A stretch of 64,000 bases of DNA from the human T2T-CHM13v2.0 reference genome, Homo sapiens, in assembly GCF_009914755.1 (NCBI RefSeq), contig NC_060928.1; one strand, written 5' to 3'. The notes below the pieces were generated by a model. The model searched no databases and was not told where the DNA came from. It was given only the letters and a program-made list of their open reading frames with translations. A program made the translations under genes and the position numbers. Within the stretch, counting starts at the first letter, position 1. Each line of letters opens with the position of its first letter. Shown one piece after another: positions 43,234 through 55,939 of this stretch.

Positions 43234-43386
43234 GTGATGTATCACCCATCAGTATGTCTCCCATCAGTCAGTCTCAGTTTATTCCACTCGGGGAGATCCT
43301 CTGCTTGGCCATCTCAGCAATGAACTCGGCAAGAAAGCCTGTCACCCAAGAAGCACTGATGGAGCACCTGACCACGTGCTTCCCAG
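43234..43386 (+). CDS. STOX2: STOX2 coding exon 2 (153 bp, phase 1 to phase 1); start of the winged-helix storkhead domain
   Basis: Acceptor tgtctttctgcag|GTGATG and donor CCCAG|gtaacg. Translates (G)DVSPISMSPISQSQFIPLGEILCLAISAMNSARKPVTQEALMEHLTTCFP(G), which I recognise as the STOX2 N-terminal region. Joins exon 3 in frame. Confidence 0.97.
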
Positions 43387-44314
43387 GTAACGAGGCGGGA
43401 ACGTAGCACTTTCCAGGTGGCGGTATGCTGTGGTCGCTCTAGGACTCACGTGGACTGTTCTGCCCATGTTTAAAGAGAATAGGAAAACATTCTTCCCCAA
43501 AACTGACCCGAAGCTTTCCTTACTTCTGTAATTAAAAATTCAGGCACCTGCATGACATCAAAAAATAACTTAACTGCTTCAGCTGTAATACTTTTTAAAT
43601 TGGCACCGAGAGGAAGAAATTAATTCAGAATCCATGAAGAATCTGGCAAGAATGACCAGGACTCCAGTCAGTCTTTGCAAACTAATCTTTAAATACATGA
43701 ACGTGAGGGTTCAACGGCTGAAAACTTTAGTCCTAGGGAGTTAAACTACAGAAAGGGTCATGTCAAAAATTAACATATCTTACATATTTGTATCATGGCT
43801 TGATGAGTTTTAAGAAAATAATATTGATAAATTAGGATTTCATTTTAAAAAATAAAATACTTACTTTTCTCTTAAATGTTATAAAAAGGAGGCAACAGCC
43901 CAGCTGCTGTGTGAGAGGCATTTGACGCTTTCAGTGCTGGAAGGCATTAGGAAGGGTGACAAGCTGCAGAATGCAGGACCCTCTTTCAAGAGAGCCAGTG
44001 TATTGTCACCCCACCCCCAAATGGAGATCCTGCCAGAGTTGCCAATCTCATGTTTCAAGACAATCTGGAAATTTGGTCTTATGTGAAATCTCTACATTTC
44101 CTTAAATATTGACAATTGTGTGTGTGTATATGTTTTAATGTCTGTGTGCCAGCAACATGCAAGTCAAATGAAATACATTATCGGGCTACCAGTTTGCCAA
44201 CTTGGTGTGGACTCAGCCTGTTTCTAGGTTGAAATAGAGATTATATTAAAAGGGAACGTTTGCTATATTTCTCATTCAACTTAGAAGAGATCTGAGTAAA
44301 TATAAGCTGTTAAT

Positions 44315-44715
44315 TGTATCAGTTAGCTTTTGCTACAAAAATGCTGGGTAACAAACAACTACAGAACATCAAAGGCCTACGGCAACAAGAGTTGATTTCA
44401 TTCATGCCTCTGTGGGTTCCCCAGGAGTCAGCTGAGCCAGGTGGGGCCCAGCAGGGTAGTTCTGCTCCATCTGTACCCATCCGATTTAGAAAACGGGGCA
44501 AATGGAGATCTCCTTCACTTGCGGGATGGCAGAGGCACCAGAGCACAAGCCCATGGCACGAAGGCTCTTCAAGCTTTGTTCATGCCAGCCCATTAACACT
44601 GCAGTGACCAACACAAACCTGCTAAACTCAAAGTCAAGGTGTGGGGAAGTGCACCCCACACATGGGAAGAGAACGGGAGGACGAATTCTAAGCTAAGGAG
44701 AGATCTTATCTACTG
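44315..44715 (-). mobile_element. MLT1-type MaLR LTR (old)
   Basis: tgtatcagttagcttttgctac...taacaaacaact terminus. Confidence 0.65.
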
Positions 44716-45485
44716 TATTGGTCTCCCTGCTTCTCCTTTTGTCCCTGAGGAACGTTTTCTCCTTCTCCTTGTGATATTTCTTCCTTTTTCAATATTCTAA
44801 TTAATGTGTTTTGATAATATGTATATGGTTCAAAATCTCTAACATGAACCCACCCTTGCAACATACAAATTATTTTAAGATTTCTAGCATTTTATTATCT
44901 CTGAATATTCTTCACTGTCTGATTGCCTATCTCTTTTTGTTAAGTCCTAGGCAAACGCCTTTCCTTTTAGTAGTGAGAGAAACAGAATCCCAGGTGAGAG
45001 CCACCTAAGTGGGGACAGATAGTGTTGCCAAACACAATGGTCTTGGAGGAAGGACCTGCTTTCTGTCCTATGAGTGCGTAGCCACTTCTGACATTGAACA
45101 ACCCAGCAGCTTTTTAAATCCTTTTATTTTTATATAGCTTCATGAGAAATCACACGGCTTTTCTGAAATTGGTTACGTACCACCCATTTTTGGGCTCTAA
45201 AATAAATAATGGAAAGAACATACAGCCAGTGTGTAATAGTAAAATGCTCCTCACTGCCAAGCAGCTGATAACAATATCACTAACTTGGAATGCTTTGTGG
45301 ATTAATCCATAGGTCATTTGTACTTAAAAGAATAACTGTTTTGCTAGCTTTTATGGGAAGAGAACTTAAATCCCAAGGCCCTGGTTTTCAGACAGACTGA
45401 GGAGCTTTTTCTTCTGTGTGACACTGATGACTCATTGGTCAGCCTCAGAAGTTTGCAAGGACACCATACAAACCCAGGTCTAGCG

Positions 45486-45699
45486 CAGGAGTTTGCTAAC
45501 CTGCAGGCCTAGTGCGGCCCACCACCTGTTTTTGTAAATAAAGTTTTATTGGAACACAGCCGTGCCCATTTGCTCATGGATGGTCTTTGGCTCCTTATGC
45601 GATAGTGGCAGAGTTGAGTAGTAGCAATGGAGGTCATATGGCTAAAAGCCTAAAATATTTACTATGTGGTTCTTTACAGAGAAAGTCTGCTGACCCCTG
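45486..45699. mobile_element. MER58A (hAT-Charlie)
   Basis: cagg...cctgtttttgtaaataaagttttattggaacacagcc...tgctgacccctg. Confidence 0.9.
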
Positions 45700-46226
45700 G
45701 GCTAGGATATGGTGGTAACTATTTAAAGTTATGTTCAGCAATAGCTCCAGATTTTAAACTGGTATTTCATAAAAAATGAAAGTTTGTTTCCTGCCTGCCT
45801 GCCTTCTTTCCTTTTTTCTTAGCTACCTTTCTCCTTTCCTTCCCTTCCTTCCTTTGATTTTTTTTTTTGTCTGTCTTTTACTATCAGTTAAGCTACAGCA
45901 GAAGAAAATATTTTAGAAAATCTAACCCTTTAAATTCTACTTGAAAATTGTATTTTTAATGACAATGCTAAAACTCTGAAGGGATTTAAAGATCATATTT
46001 ATATTTTTTGTTTTTAAAGGTAAGAATAAAGTATTTAGTTCTTTTATATCTTACTATTCAAAAATAAAGTTTTTGAGCCTAAGTATTATTAAAATATTTG
46101 GATCTCATATTTAATGTATATTTTATAAATCAAAAGTGTAGTCTAGAATTTGGCTTCTTTTCTTGTTTTGGGCATCCATATTCTAAAGAAAGTTTTTAGT
46201 GAATAGTCTTCCAGCAAAAATTTCTG

Positions 46227-46556
<330 letters not shown>

Positions 46557-47085
46557 TTATCACTTTTCTATAAAAGTGAGAAAAACAAGTTGGCTGAATT
46601 TTTGAAAACCAACTCAACAACTTTTATCTATCAATTTCCATTACAGAATCAAGAATATTTTTAAAAGGTTTATAAAGAATAATACTTGCTTCTTGTATTT
46701 CTAAATAACTATGCATCCATTCATCCAGAATGATCATTTAAATTGGTGGTCTGGTACCTGTTAAGCTGTTACAACTGAATCTTTCTGGGAGGAAGACTGG
46801 TCTTCAGGGACATAGAGCTAGACCCTATAAGTCCAGGTATGGAGCTGAACTTGACTTTAGAGATTCCTGGAGAATGTTAATAGATACACTGTGTTCTGTC
46901 TCCCAGTCATCTCCTTATGTTGGCTCTTACTGAATTCTTCTTCAGCCAGCGTTCTTCACAAACAAGAATAATCTAAAGATGCTCATTAAAGCGTTTCACT
47001 TGAAAGTGCTTAACATACAGAACAGGTCCATGTGCTCACTGTTCTGACAGTTTGTCAGATTTGCAGGACTAAAGCAATACATAGA

Positions 47086-47388
47086 GGCTGATTGTGGTGG
47101 CTCACACCTATAATCCCAGCAATTTGGGAGGCCGAGGTGGGTGGATCACTTGAGGCCAGGAGTTTGAGACCAATGTGGCCAACATGACGAAACCTTGTCT
47201 CTACTAAAAAATACAAAAATTAGCTGGGCGTGTGGCACGCACCTGTAATCCCAGCTACTCGGTGGCTGAGGTACAATAATCACTTGAACCCGGGAGGTGG
47301 AGGTTTCAGTGAGCCAAGATTGTGCCACTGCACTCCAGCTTGGGTGACAGAGTGAGACGATATCTCAAAAAAAAAAAAAAAAAAAAAA
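47086..47388 (+). mobile_element. AluS (Sz/Sx-like)
   Basis: ggatcacttgaggccaggagtttgagacc with a long A tail. Confidence 0.92.
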
Positions 47389-48365
47389 CAATTCATAGGT
47401 ATAAGTAGACCACAGTGTCATGCAGTGTTAGTTATTTTTGCTTTGAAAAATGTAAAGGTGTGGAAGAGATCAGGTTCAGGCCTGTTAGGATGTAAAGTTT
47501 ATTTTTGTTCTTTAAGCCCTCACAATCTGAACTCATGATGAACTTTCGGAGTCGAATTTGGAAGTAGTGGAATATGCAAACGTTAAACATCCATCACAAC
47601 CATCACTTTCTCAGGTCAACCCTACAGATTTCTGGCAGAACCCTGAATTTCACAATCAGTCAGTATATTAGGGCTTCATAATACAATGATAATCATAAAC
47701 ATAAGCAACTTTCAGTTAAGTCTGAAAACTCTCAGGTCACAGCATGGAAAATGGCTTGGACAGGGGGCAAAGAATGTTTCTAGTTTGCATTATCAAATTA
47801 AACATTATTTGATGGATATACCTGGAAACCCAAGACATAAAAAAATTTAAGCACAAATACTCTATGGAAATAGAAAAATTTTTCTCTATTTTTCTTTTTA
47901 TTCCTTCATTTGAGAACTACTAGAGAACTTGTTTTGAATGGTAAGTAAAGATGTTTGCATTGTAGTCATAATTCTATACATTAATAGCTTTATGAGTTTC
48001 CTAAGATCATCATTTGGAAGGCCTACAGTCAGCAAATTCTATAATAAAATTAAACTTTTGCTTTATAGTAATAGCTATTTTTATGACGTATACATCAGCT
48101 TTCCCTTATTAGGAGCCATGGTAAACTGGTCAATCATGAATACTTATAAATGAACCTTACGAGTTTTTGAAAAAGTTTATCACATTGTTGACTAAAAGTA
48201 TGCTACCATTTAAGATGTGGTCGGCTTTAAACATGGGCTTGTTATCTTGATTGCTGTGCCAAACAATGACAGTGGGCATCATTCCTGAGACTGCGGTGCA
48301 GAGGTGTGCCCTCATCTCAGAAGGTATATTCCGTGTCAGTGGTGTCCCCTGAAGTTATTCAGTGG

Positions 48366-48592
48366 AAGGCACTTTGGGAAGCAGGGGCGGGAAGATCACT
48401 TGAGCCCAGGAGTTCGAGACCAACCTGGGGGGCAACATGGAGAAACCCCATCTCTACAAAAAATATAAAAATTAGTCCCAGCTACTCGAAAAACTGAGGT
48501 GGGAGGATCACCTGAGCCTGGGGAAGTTGAGGCTGCAGTGAGCTGAGATCTTGTCACTGCACTCCAGCCTGCGCAAGGGTGAGACCCTGTCT

Positions 48593-48626
<34 letters not shown>

Positions 48627-48628
48627 AA
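48366..48628 (+). mobile_element. AluJ, truncated/deleted
   Basis: gatcacttgagcccaggagttcgag...gaggctgcagtgagc with an A tail. Confidence 0.88.
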
Positions 48629-48673
48629 ATTCATTTCTATTTTGTACAGGAAGTATTATAAAATTAAAAAACA

Positions 48674-49044
<371 letters not shown>

Positions 49045-49502
49045 TCAAAAATTAAATAATTATATTGATACATTATCTATGAACAATGCTACCTTTTCCG
49101 CCTTGGTCACTAAAGATACCTTCTGAAGATGGTAACACAAATGGGTGTGTATGTTACCGCGCATTCACGGATTTTCTCCCCTTGAGAATCCCAGGCCATT
49201 TCTAATACCTTTATTTCCTACTTTGGAAGGACTTGGGGAGTTGAAGCATCTCAGCTGACCCAGGTGTTCTAGGTTGGTGCACATTGTTGTTTGAAGGCAA
49301 TCTGGTTTTCCGTGGGTCCCGACCCAAAGTGGAGACTAACTCCCAGCTAATGTTTATTGAGCACTCTCTGTGTGCCAGGCACTGCTCCACACACGAAACT
49401 CCTTTCACCTCAGCCCTGTGGCTACAGGTACTATTGTTATCTACCTTTTGATGACAGTGAATGGAGGCTCAGAGAGGCTGAGCTGCCTAAGGTGGTACCA
49501 GC

Positions 49503-49894
49503 TGTCTTCATTTGCTAGGACTGCCGTAACAAAGTGCAGATGGCTCAACCAACCAACATGTATTGTCCTACAGTTCTGGAGGCCAGAAGTCCAGAATCAC
49601 AATCTCAGCAGGATTGGTTGTCCTTCTGAGAGCTGTGAGGCCCCTGTCCTCGGCTTACGGATGGCCACCTTCTGTGTGTCTCCTCACACTGTCTTCCCTC
49701 TGTGCCTTTCTGTCTCCAGCTTTCCCCTTTTTAGAAGGACATCAGTCGTATTCGATTAGAGACCGCTCTAACGACCTCATTTTGACCTGACTTTAAGACC
49801 CTTTCTCCAAATAGAGTCATATTTAAAAGAGTATTAGGAGTTAGGATTTCAGGATATAAATTGGGGTGGGGAGTGCATAATTCAACCAGTGACA
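49503..49894 (-). mobile_element. MLT1 (MaLR) LTR inserted into a MIR (~49340-49970)
   Basis: gctaggactgccgtaacaaag...cagttctggaggccagaagtcc...aattcaaccagtgaca. Perfect 5-bp TSD ccagc. Confidence 0.88.
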
Positions 49895-51062
49895 CCAGCT
49901 AACAATGACAGGGCAGGGTTTCAATCCAGCAGCCCGGCCCCAGCCTTTTAGTCTCCACCTTACACTGCCTTATTCGTGTTTGGTTGAACCACATGCAACT
50001 GCCATTTTTGTGAGTCAGATGGTTAAATATGGGCAGTTTCACATGACTCAAGCTGACCGATTTCAGGTCAGTCTTCTAAGTATTACCACCCTTTATGTGC
50101 CTGGCATTGAGAAATGGAGAATACCCAAGAAATGAAGTAAATGGGCTGGAGCCTGGGGAACTTAAACTCTCTTAAGAATTTATGCTCTTAATTCTGTCTC
50201 TTAAGGTAGACGAGGCATAAACATGCACAAAAACCCTTTGAAAACAATTATCAATCATACAAAGAAGCTTTCATCATTTTCATCTGGTGTGTCTATTCTA
50301 GCCAATATGGGAATTTTGGACAAAAAGACACAGAGTGTCAAAGCCTTCACTCATGTATTTATTAGGGCTCTTTGGTTAGAAATTAGAAAAACCACCTTCT
50401 TCTTACTGACTGACGCCAAAAAGGAGAACATTCTTACATGAATTTTACCCGGGCTGCAGTCAGTTTCCAAATGGAAGGCAATGACTCCAAAATTAGAGGA
50501 TACATCATAAACAGTAGTCAAGTCTAGTTGCCCTTTTATATCATTCACAAAATTAAGTTTATTAAGTAAAATCTTTAACAATGAGCACACACAGTAACTC
50601 TTCTGTGGTAGCCTCCATATATGTTAGATATGTTTTTTAATATCAAGGTAGATATTTTCACTCTGCTTCTCTAGTTGCTTTTATTGAAAAAGCCTTTTCT
50701 ATACTTTCATATCATATCATGGGAAACATTTTTCATTTTTCTCTCATTTAAAAATATTCTGTCTTTGCTGTTTCGTTCAGGAAACAGGAAACAACAGGTA
50801 ACAACAGTAGCAACCTGACTCCACCTAACTTCCATCTCTGTCTTCCCAGCTTTTATATCTGCTCATTCTGTGGGTAGTAATGTAGGAGTTACCCAAGAAG
50901 GCGAGGATTTGCACTGAACTTAATGAACACCTTTGTCTGAATTGTGCATCCTAGCTCTGTGATGGTACTTCGCATCTTGGCGAATGAATAGGATCCTGGA
51001 AATCAGGAATCCACATGTTCTGTCTTCATTCTCACAAGTGGTTTTTTTTTTTTTTTTTTCAG

Positions 51063-53328
51063 GTGTTCCAACGCCAAGCCAAGAAATTCTGCGGCACACG
51101 CTGAACACGCTGGTACGGGAGAGGAAGATCTACCCAACTCCAGATGGCTACTTCATCGTGACCCCACAGACTTATTTCATAACTCCTTCCCTCATAAGAA
51201 CTAACAGTAAATGGTACCATTTGGACGAGAGGATACCTGACCGGTCTCAGTGCACCTCTCCGCAACCCGGGACCATCACGCCCTCTGCCTCAGGCTGTGT
51301 CAGGGAAAGGACATTGCCCCGAAACCACTGCGACTCTTGCCACTGCTGCAGAGAAGACGTGCACAGCACGCATGCACCCACCCTGCAAAGGAAGTCTGCC
51401 AAGGACTGCAAAGACCCTTACTGTCCCCCTTCTCTGTGCCAGGTGCCACCCACTGAAAAGAGCAAAAGTACTGTAAATTTTTCCTATAAGACAGAAACTC
51501 TCTCAAAACCTAAAGATAGTGAAAAGCAGTCAAAAAAATTCGGGCTAAAGTTATTCCGGTTAAGTTTTAAAAAAGACAAGACCAAACAGCTGGCCAATTT
51601 TTCTGCCCAGTTTCCTCCTGAAGAGTGGCCCCTGCGAGACGAGGACACGCCAGCTACGATCCCTCGGGAAGTAGAGATGGAAATCATTAGGCGCATTAAC
51701 CCAGACCTGACCGTGGAAAATGTCATGCGGCACACCGCGCTCATGAAGAAACTGGAAGAAGAAAAGGCCCAGAGGAGTAAAGCCGGGTCCTCTGCCCATC
51801 ACAGCGGAAGGAGTAAAAAGAGTAGGACTCATCGGAAGTCCCATGGAAAGTCTCGGTCTCACAGCAAGACACGGGTGTCTAAAGGAGACCCTTCCGACGG
51901 TTCACATCTGGATATCCCAGCTGAAAGAGAGTATGACTTTTGTGATCCTCTTACCAGGGTGCCCAGGGAGGGCTGCTTCATCATTGAACACAAAGGAGAT
52001 AACTTCATCATGCACAGCAACACAAACGTGCTCGAGTCCCACTTCCCCATGACACCAGAATGGGATGTGTCTGGTGAATTGGCTAAAAGGAGAACTGAGA
52101 TGCCTTTTCCTGAACCTTCTAGGGGAAGCTCCCACTCAAAAGTGCACCGAAGCCACAGCCATACACAGGACCGGAGGTCCAGGAATGAGAGATCCAACAA
52201 AGCCAAGGAGAGATCCAGGTCGATGGATAACTCCAAAGGCCCTCTGGGTGCTTCTTCTCTAGGGACGCCGGAAGACCTTGCTGAAGGCTGCAGCCAAGAC
52301 GACCAGACCCCCAGCCAATCCTACATTGACGACAGTACTTTAAGGCCTGCACAGACCGTTAGTCTCCAAAGGGCTCACATTTCGTCCACAAGCTATAAAG
52401 AGGTGTGTATTCCAGAGATAGTCAGTGGCAGCAAGGAACCGTCCAGCGCTTGCAGCCTTTTGGAGCCAGGAAAACCACCCGAGAGTTTGCCATCCTATGG
52501 CGAACTCAACTCTTGTCCAACAAAAACAGCCACAGATGACTATTTCCAGTGCAACACCTCTAGTGAGACAGTGCTCACGGCACCATCACCTCTGGGAAAG
52601 AATAAGGAGGACCATGACACTCTGACTTTGGCAGAAGGGGTGAAAAAGCTCTCCCCTTCTGATAGGCAGGTCCCCCACTCCTCCAGGGAGCCTGTGGGGC
52701 ACAAGGAGGAGTCACCAAAAGGGCCGGGTGGGGGCCCCGCTGCTTCGGGAGGAGTGGCTGAAGGGATCGCCAACGGACGCCTCGTCCAGCACCATGGTGC
52801 CGAGCCCAGCAGCTTGGACAAGAGGAAAGAGATATTTAGCAAAGACACACTGTTCAAACCTCTTCACAGCACCTTGTCTGTAAACAGCTATCACAAGTCG
52901 AGCCTGTCCCTCCTCAAATCTCACCCGAAGACACCTGCTGACACATTGCCAGGCCGATGTGAGAAACTGGAACCGTCCCTGGGGACCTCGGCGGCACAAG
53001 CCATGCCTGCTTCCCAGCGTCAGCAGGAGTCAGGAGGGAACCAGGAAGCCTCTTTTGACTATTACAACGTCTCTGATGATGACGACTCTGAGGAAGGGGC
53101 AAACAAGAACACAGAGGAGGAGAAAAATAGAGAGGACGTAGGCACCATGCAGTGGCTCCTCGAGCGGGAGAAGGAAAGAGACTTGCAGAGGAAATTTGAA
53201 AAGAACCTCACCCTTCTTGCTCCAAAAGAAACCGACAGCAGCAGCAACCAGAGAGCCACCCATTCAGCCCGGCTCGACAGCATGGACAGCAGCAGCATCA
53301 CAGTGGACAGTGGATTCAACTCCCCACG
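51063..53328 (+). CDS. STOX2: STOX2 large coding exon 3 (2266 bp)
   Basis: Lies within the 782-aa ORF 50984-53332. Acceptor T18-cag|GTGTT and donor CCACG|gtaggg. Encodes VPTPSQEILRHTLNTLVRERKIYPTPDGYFIVTPQTYF (winged helix) through DSGFNSPR. Confidence 0.98.
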
Positions 53329-53491
53329 GTAGGGAGAGGTGTCTCTGTGCACACACATGCACCTAGCGGGGCCTGGGGCTTTATGCACGTAACTTGACAA
53401 GTTTCTGATTTCGTAGTCTCAGTTCTATGGATGAGGGTTAAGAGTTGTATGAGTTGTATTGTTAACAATCTGTTTCTGACTTCTTTTTCAG

Positions 53492-53700
53492 GAATTGAAA
53501 AAAATGTTTCTGCACCTGTAGAGATCACCAATCTGGACTGGTGGGTTGGCTCCTCCCCTCAAACTTGCATCAGTCTGATCTAACTAAAACCAATATTTCC
53601 AGTATTTTTTCTGCTACGTTCATATTGCCACCCATGCTAAGAGAAGGATGTTTTTTAAGTCCTTCAAAAATAGTAACTTTTTGAGTAGAATAAATAGTCT
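53492..53700 (+). other. STOX2: Putative alternative terminal exon in intron 3 (adds R-N-stop)
   Basis: Branch-like ctgac at 53476-53480, then ttctttttcag|G AAT TGA. AATAAA at 53689-53694. Confidence 0.5.
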
Positions 53701-55701
53701 GGGGGCGGGGGAGGAAGATAGGGGTTGGGAGTAAACTGATTGATGCTAAGATAGGGGTCCCTGTAGTGAAAATATAATAGCAGATCTCAAAACCTCTCCA
53801 ATGGATCTAGAAGCTTGTTGCCATTTGGATCCCACTATTCTGTGCAGCCTGTCCCTCTGGCTCACACACCTTCCTTTCACTGCCAAGAAATGGAATATTT
53901 CTTCCCTCACAGCGAGGGCAGGGGCCTGTGCTCTGTTAGATCAAAGCATGTGCCATGTTTATTTCTCCTCCTGCAGAAATGACGGAGCCCATTTGGGCAG
54001 TCTAATTGTAGTTCCTTCTTGTTAATAGGTGTTAGTTCAGCAAAGGGTTGACAGTCAAGAGTTAGTGGTGCCCAGTGGTCATGGCCAAAGCTCTAGAGTT
54101 ATTCAGGGATTCAGAAAGCAAACAAGAGTCTGTGCAACTTCCTTTTTTCTTCTTAACTCTTTCTTCTCCTCAAAGAGCAACATGGGACCTAATTCTCTTT
54201 CTAACTTCTACTCCAGATTGGTGACTCTGAGATGCAGAAATACTACTGAGAGATTGACATTTCTCATCAGCTATGATTCCCAAGATTTTATAATACTTAT
54301 AATTTTAACATGGATTCAGATAGGATTATGTACTTCATATATTTAATTATTAAGAATTAAAATTAATTCCGTTGTGATCTTTTCACTATATCCCTGGATA
54401 ATTTTGGAAGTGAGCATCACACAGCTGGAACTGGGAATCATTAATTGCTTTGTCCCATATTAGGCCTTTGTGATTTATTAAAGGGCTGGTTCATTATTAT
54501 TATTATTATCATCATTATTATTTTGGTCTTGGAGCCTTTCTTCCAAGTTAACACGTGTGTGGAAGTCTAAATGTCTGCACAGAGCTGAGAGATGGCCGTG
54601 GTGACAGTGGAGACTATGGGCCCCAGTCCCTCTCCCCATCCCTCGAGGAGCCTCTGACACCTCAGGGAGCCATGGGCCTCAGCCTGAAAACCACTAGTCT
54701 ACTAAGTGGCTTTTCTAAGAAATCATTTTTGCTAAATAATTTTTTATCTCAAATCAGATATTATTTTCTGATTTATTTTAACTATCCTTTTTTTTCTTCA
54801 TTTTCCTGTTCTACTCTTTTTTCCTCTTGAGTTCCCGGTAGTGGATACCAGATTAGCAAAACAGAAGGTCTGTAATCCGTGGTAGAAGTTGAGAACAATT
54901 TTTGGTGGTAGGTGTGGTGTATTTGCCTGTGTCTTTCTGTTCTACTGTTTCTCATTATGTAGCCTCTGCCTCCTACCTGCTTTTCACATGCTCGTTTTAA
55001 ACCTTTCTCCTTTCCCTCTGGGCCCCTGGGCTTCCACAGACAGGAAGCTGCCGTACTAAAGAGATAGTTGCTAAGGAGACATTGGGAGTAGTTTAATGAG
55101 TTCTAACTAGAAAACCTTCCACTGCATAATATTGAAAGTTTTTTGTTTGTTTGAAGGTAAACAGAGATATTCATGAAATGGTTGAACCAGTATCTCTACA
55201 GAATATATTTTACTATCTCTAAACTTGGGGTGCAGAATATAGAATTTATGACTGGGATTATTTCTTGAAGTAAGTTGATTTTCAGTTGTTTCATTATGTG
55301 CTTAAAGTTAAGTGTTTTGTCATGGCAGAAGGTAAAGACTGTTCTAAAGAGACAACCTTCACACAATAGCCGCATGTCTCCCCACTAATATTAAGTAGAA
55401 TTTTCTCTACATGAAAACGTGTATCACCTATACATGTTATACAGTTAGAGAATCTACAGAACAATTGCTAATTTTACCCCTTTCATATTTACTACCCTTC
55501 GATTAGAAGCTAGGTGACAAACTATTTTCTACACACCTTAATAAAGTCACTGAGTTGTCTCGCTGATCCAGGAGTAATGTTCTGCAAAGGAAAGTATTTG
55601 ACTACTAGAAACTTTGCTCTGCAGTCTGGGGAGTATTTTAGCCAGATAGCATTATCATGCACATACATTACCATTGCTGCGAGACATGGGAATCGTTTTA
55701 A

Positions 55702-55939
55702 ATTTTTTTTAGAGATAGAGTCTCACTCTGTTGCCCAGGCTGGAGTGCAGTGGTGATTGTAGCTCACTGCCGCCTGGAACTCCTGGGCTCAAGCAATCCT
55801 CCCACTTCAGCCTTCTGAGTAGCTGGGACTACAGGTGTGTGAAACCACACCTGGTAATTTTTAAAAAAATTTTTGTAGATCCTTCTGCCTTGGCCTCCCA
55901 AAGTGCTAGACTTATAGGCATGAGCCACCATGCCCAGCC
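55702..55939 (-). mobile_element. AluJ with internal deletion
   Basis: gagtctcactctgttgcccagg...ctcctgggctcaagcaatcc...gagccaccatgcccagcc. Confidence 0.88.

Noticed and set aside
49370-49790. 129-aa and 75-aa ORFs
   Set aside because: Entirely within MIR/MLT1 repeat sequence.
50984-51062. N-terminal extension of the 782-aa ORF (MNRILEIRNPH...FFFFFS)
   Set aside because: Intronic. It is the polypyrimidine tract and acceptor of exon 3 read in frame, not a real start.
51059-53400. Many antisense and alternate-frame ORFs (60-125 aa) over exon 3
   Set aside because: Expected shadows of a GC-rich coding exon, with no independent splice or start signals and no recognisable domains.
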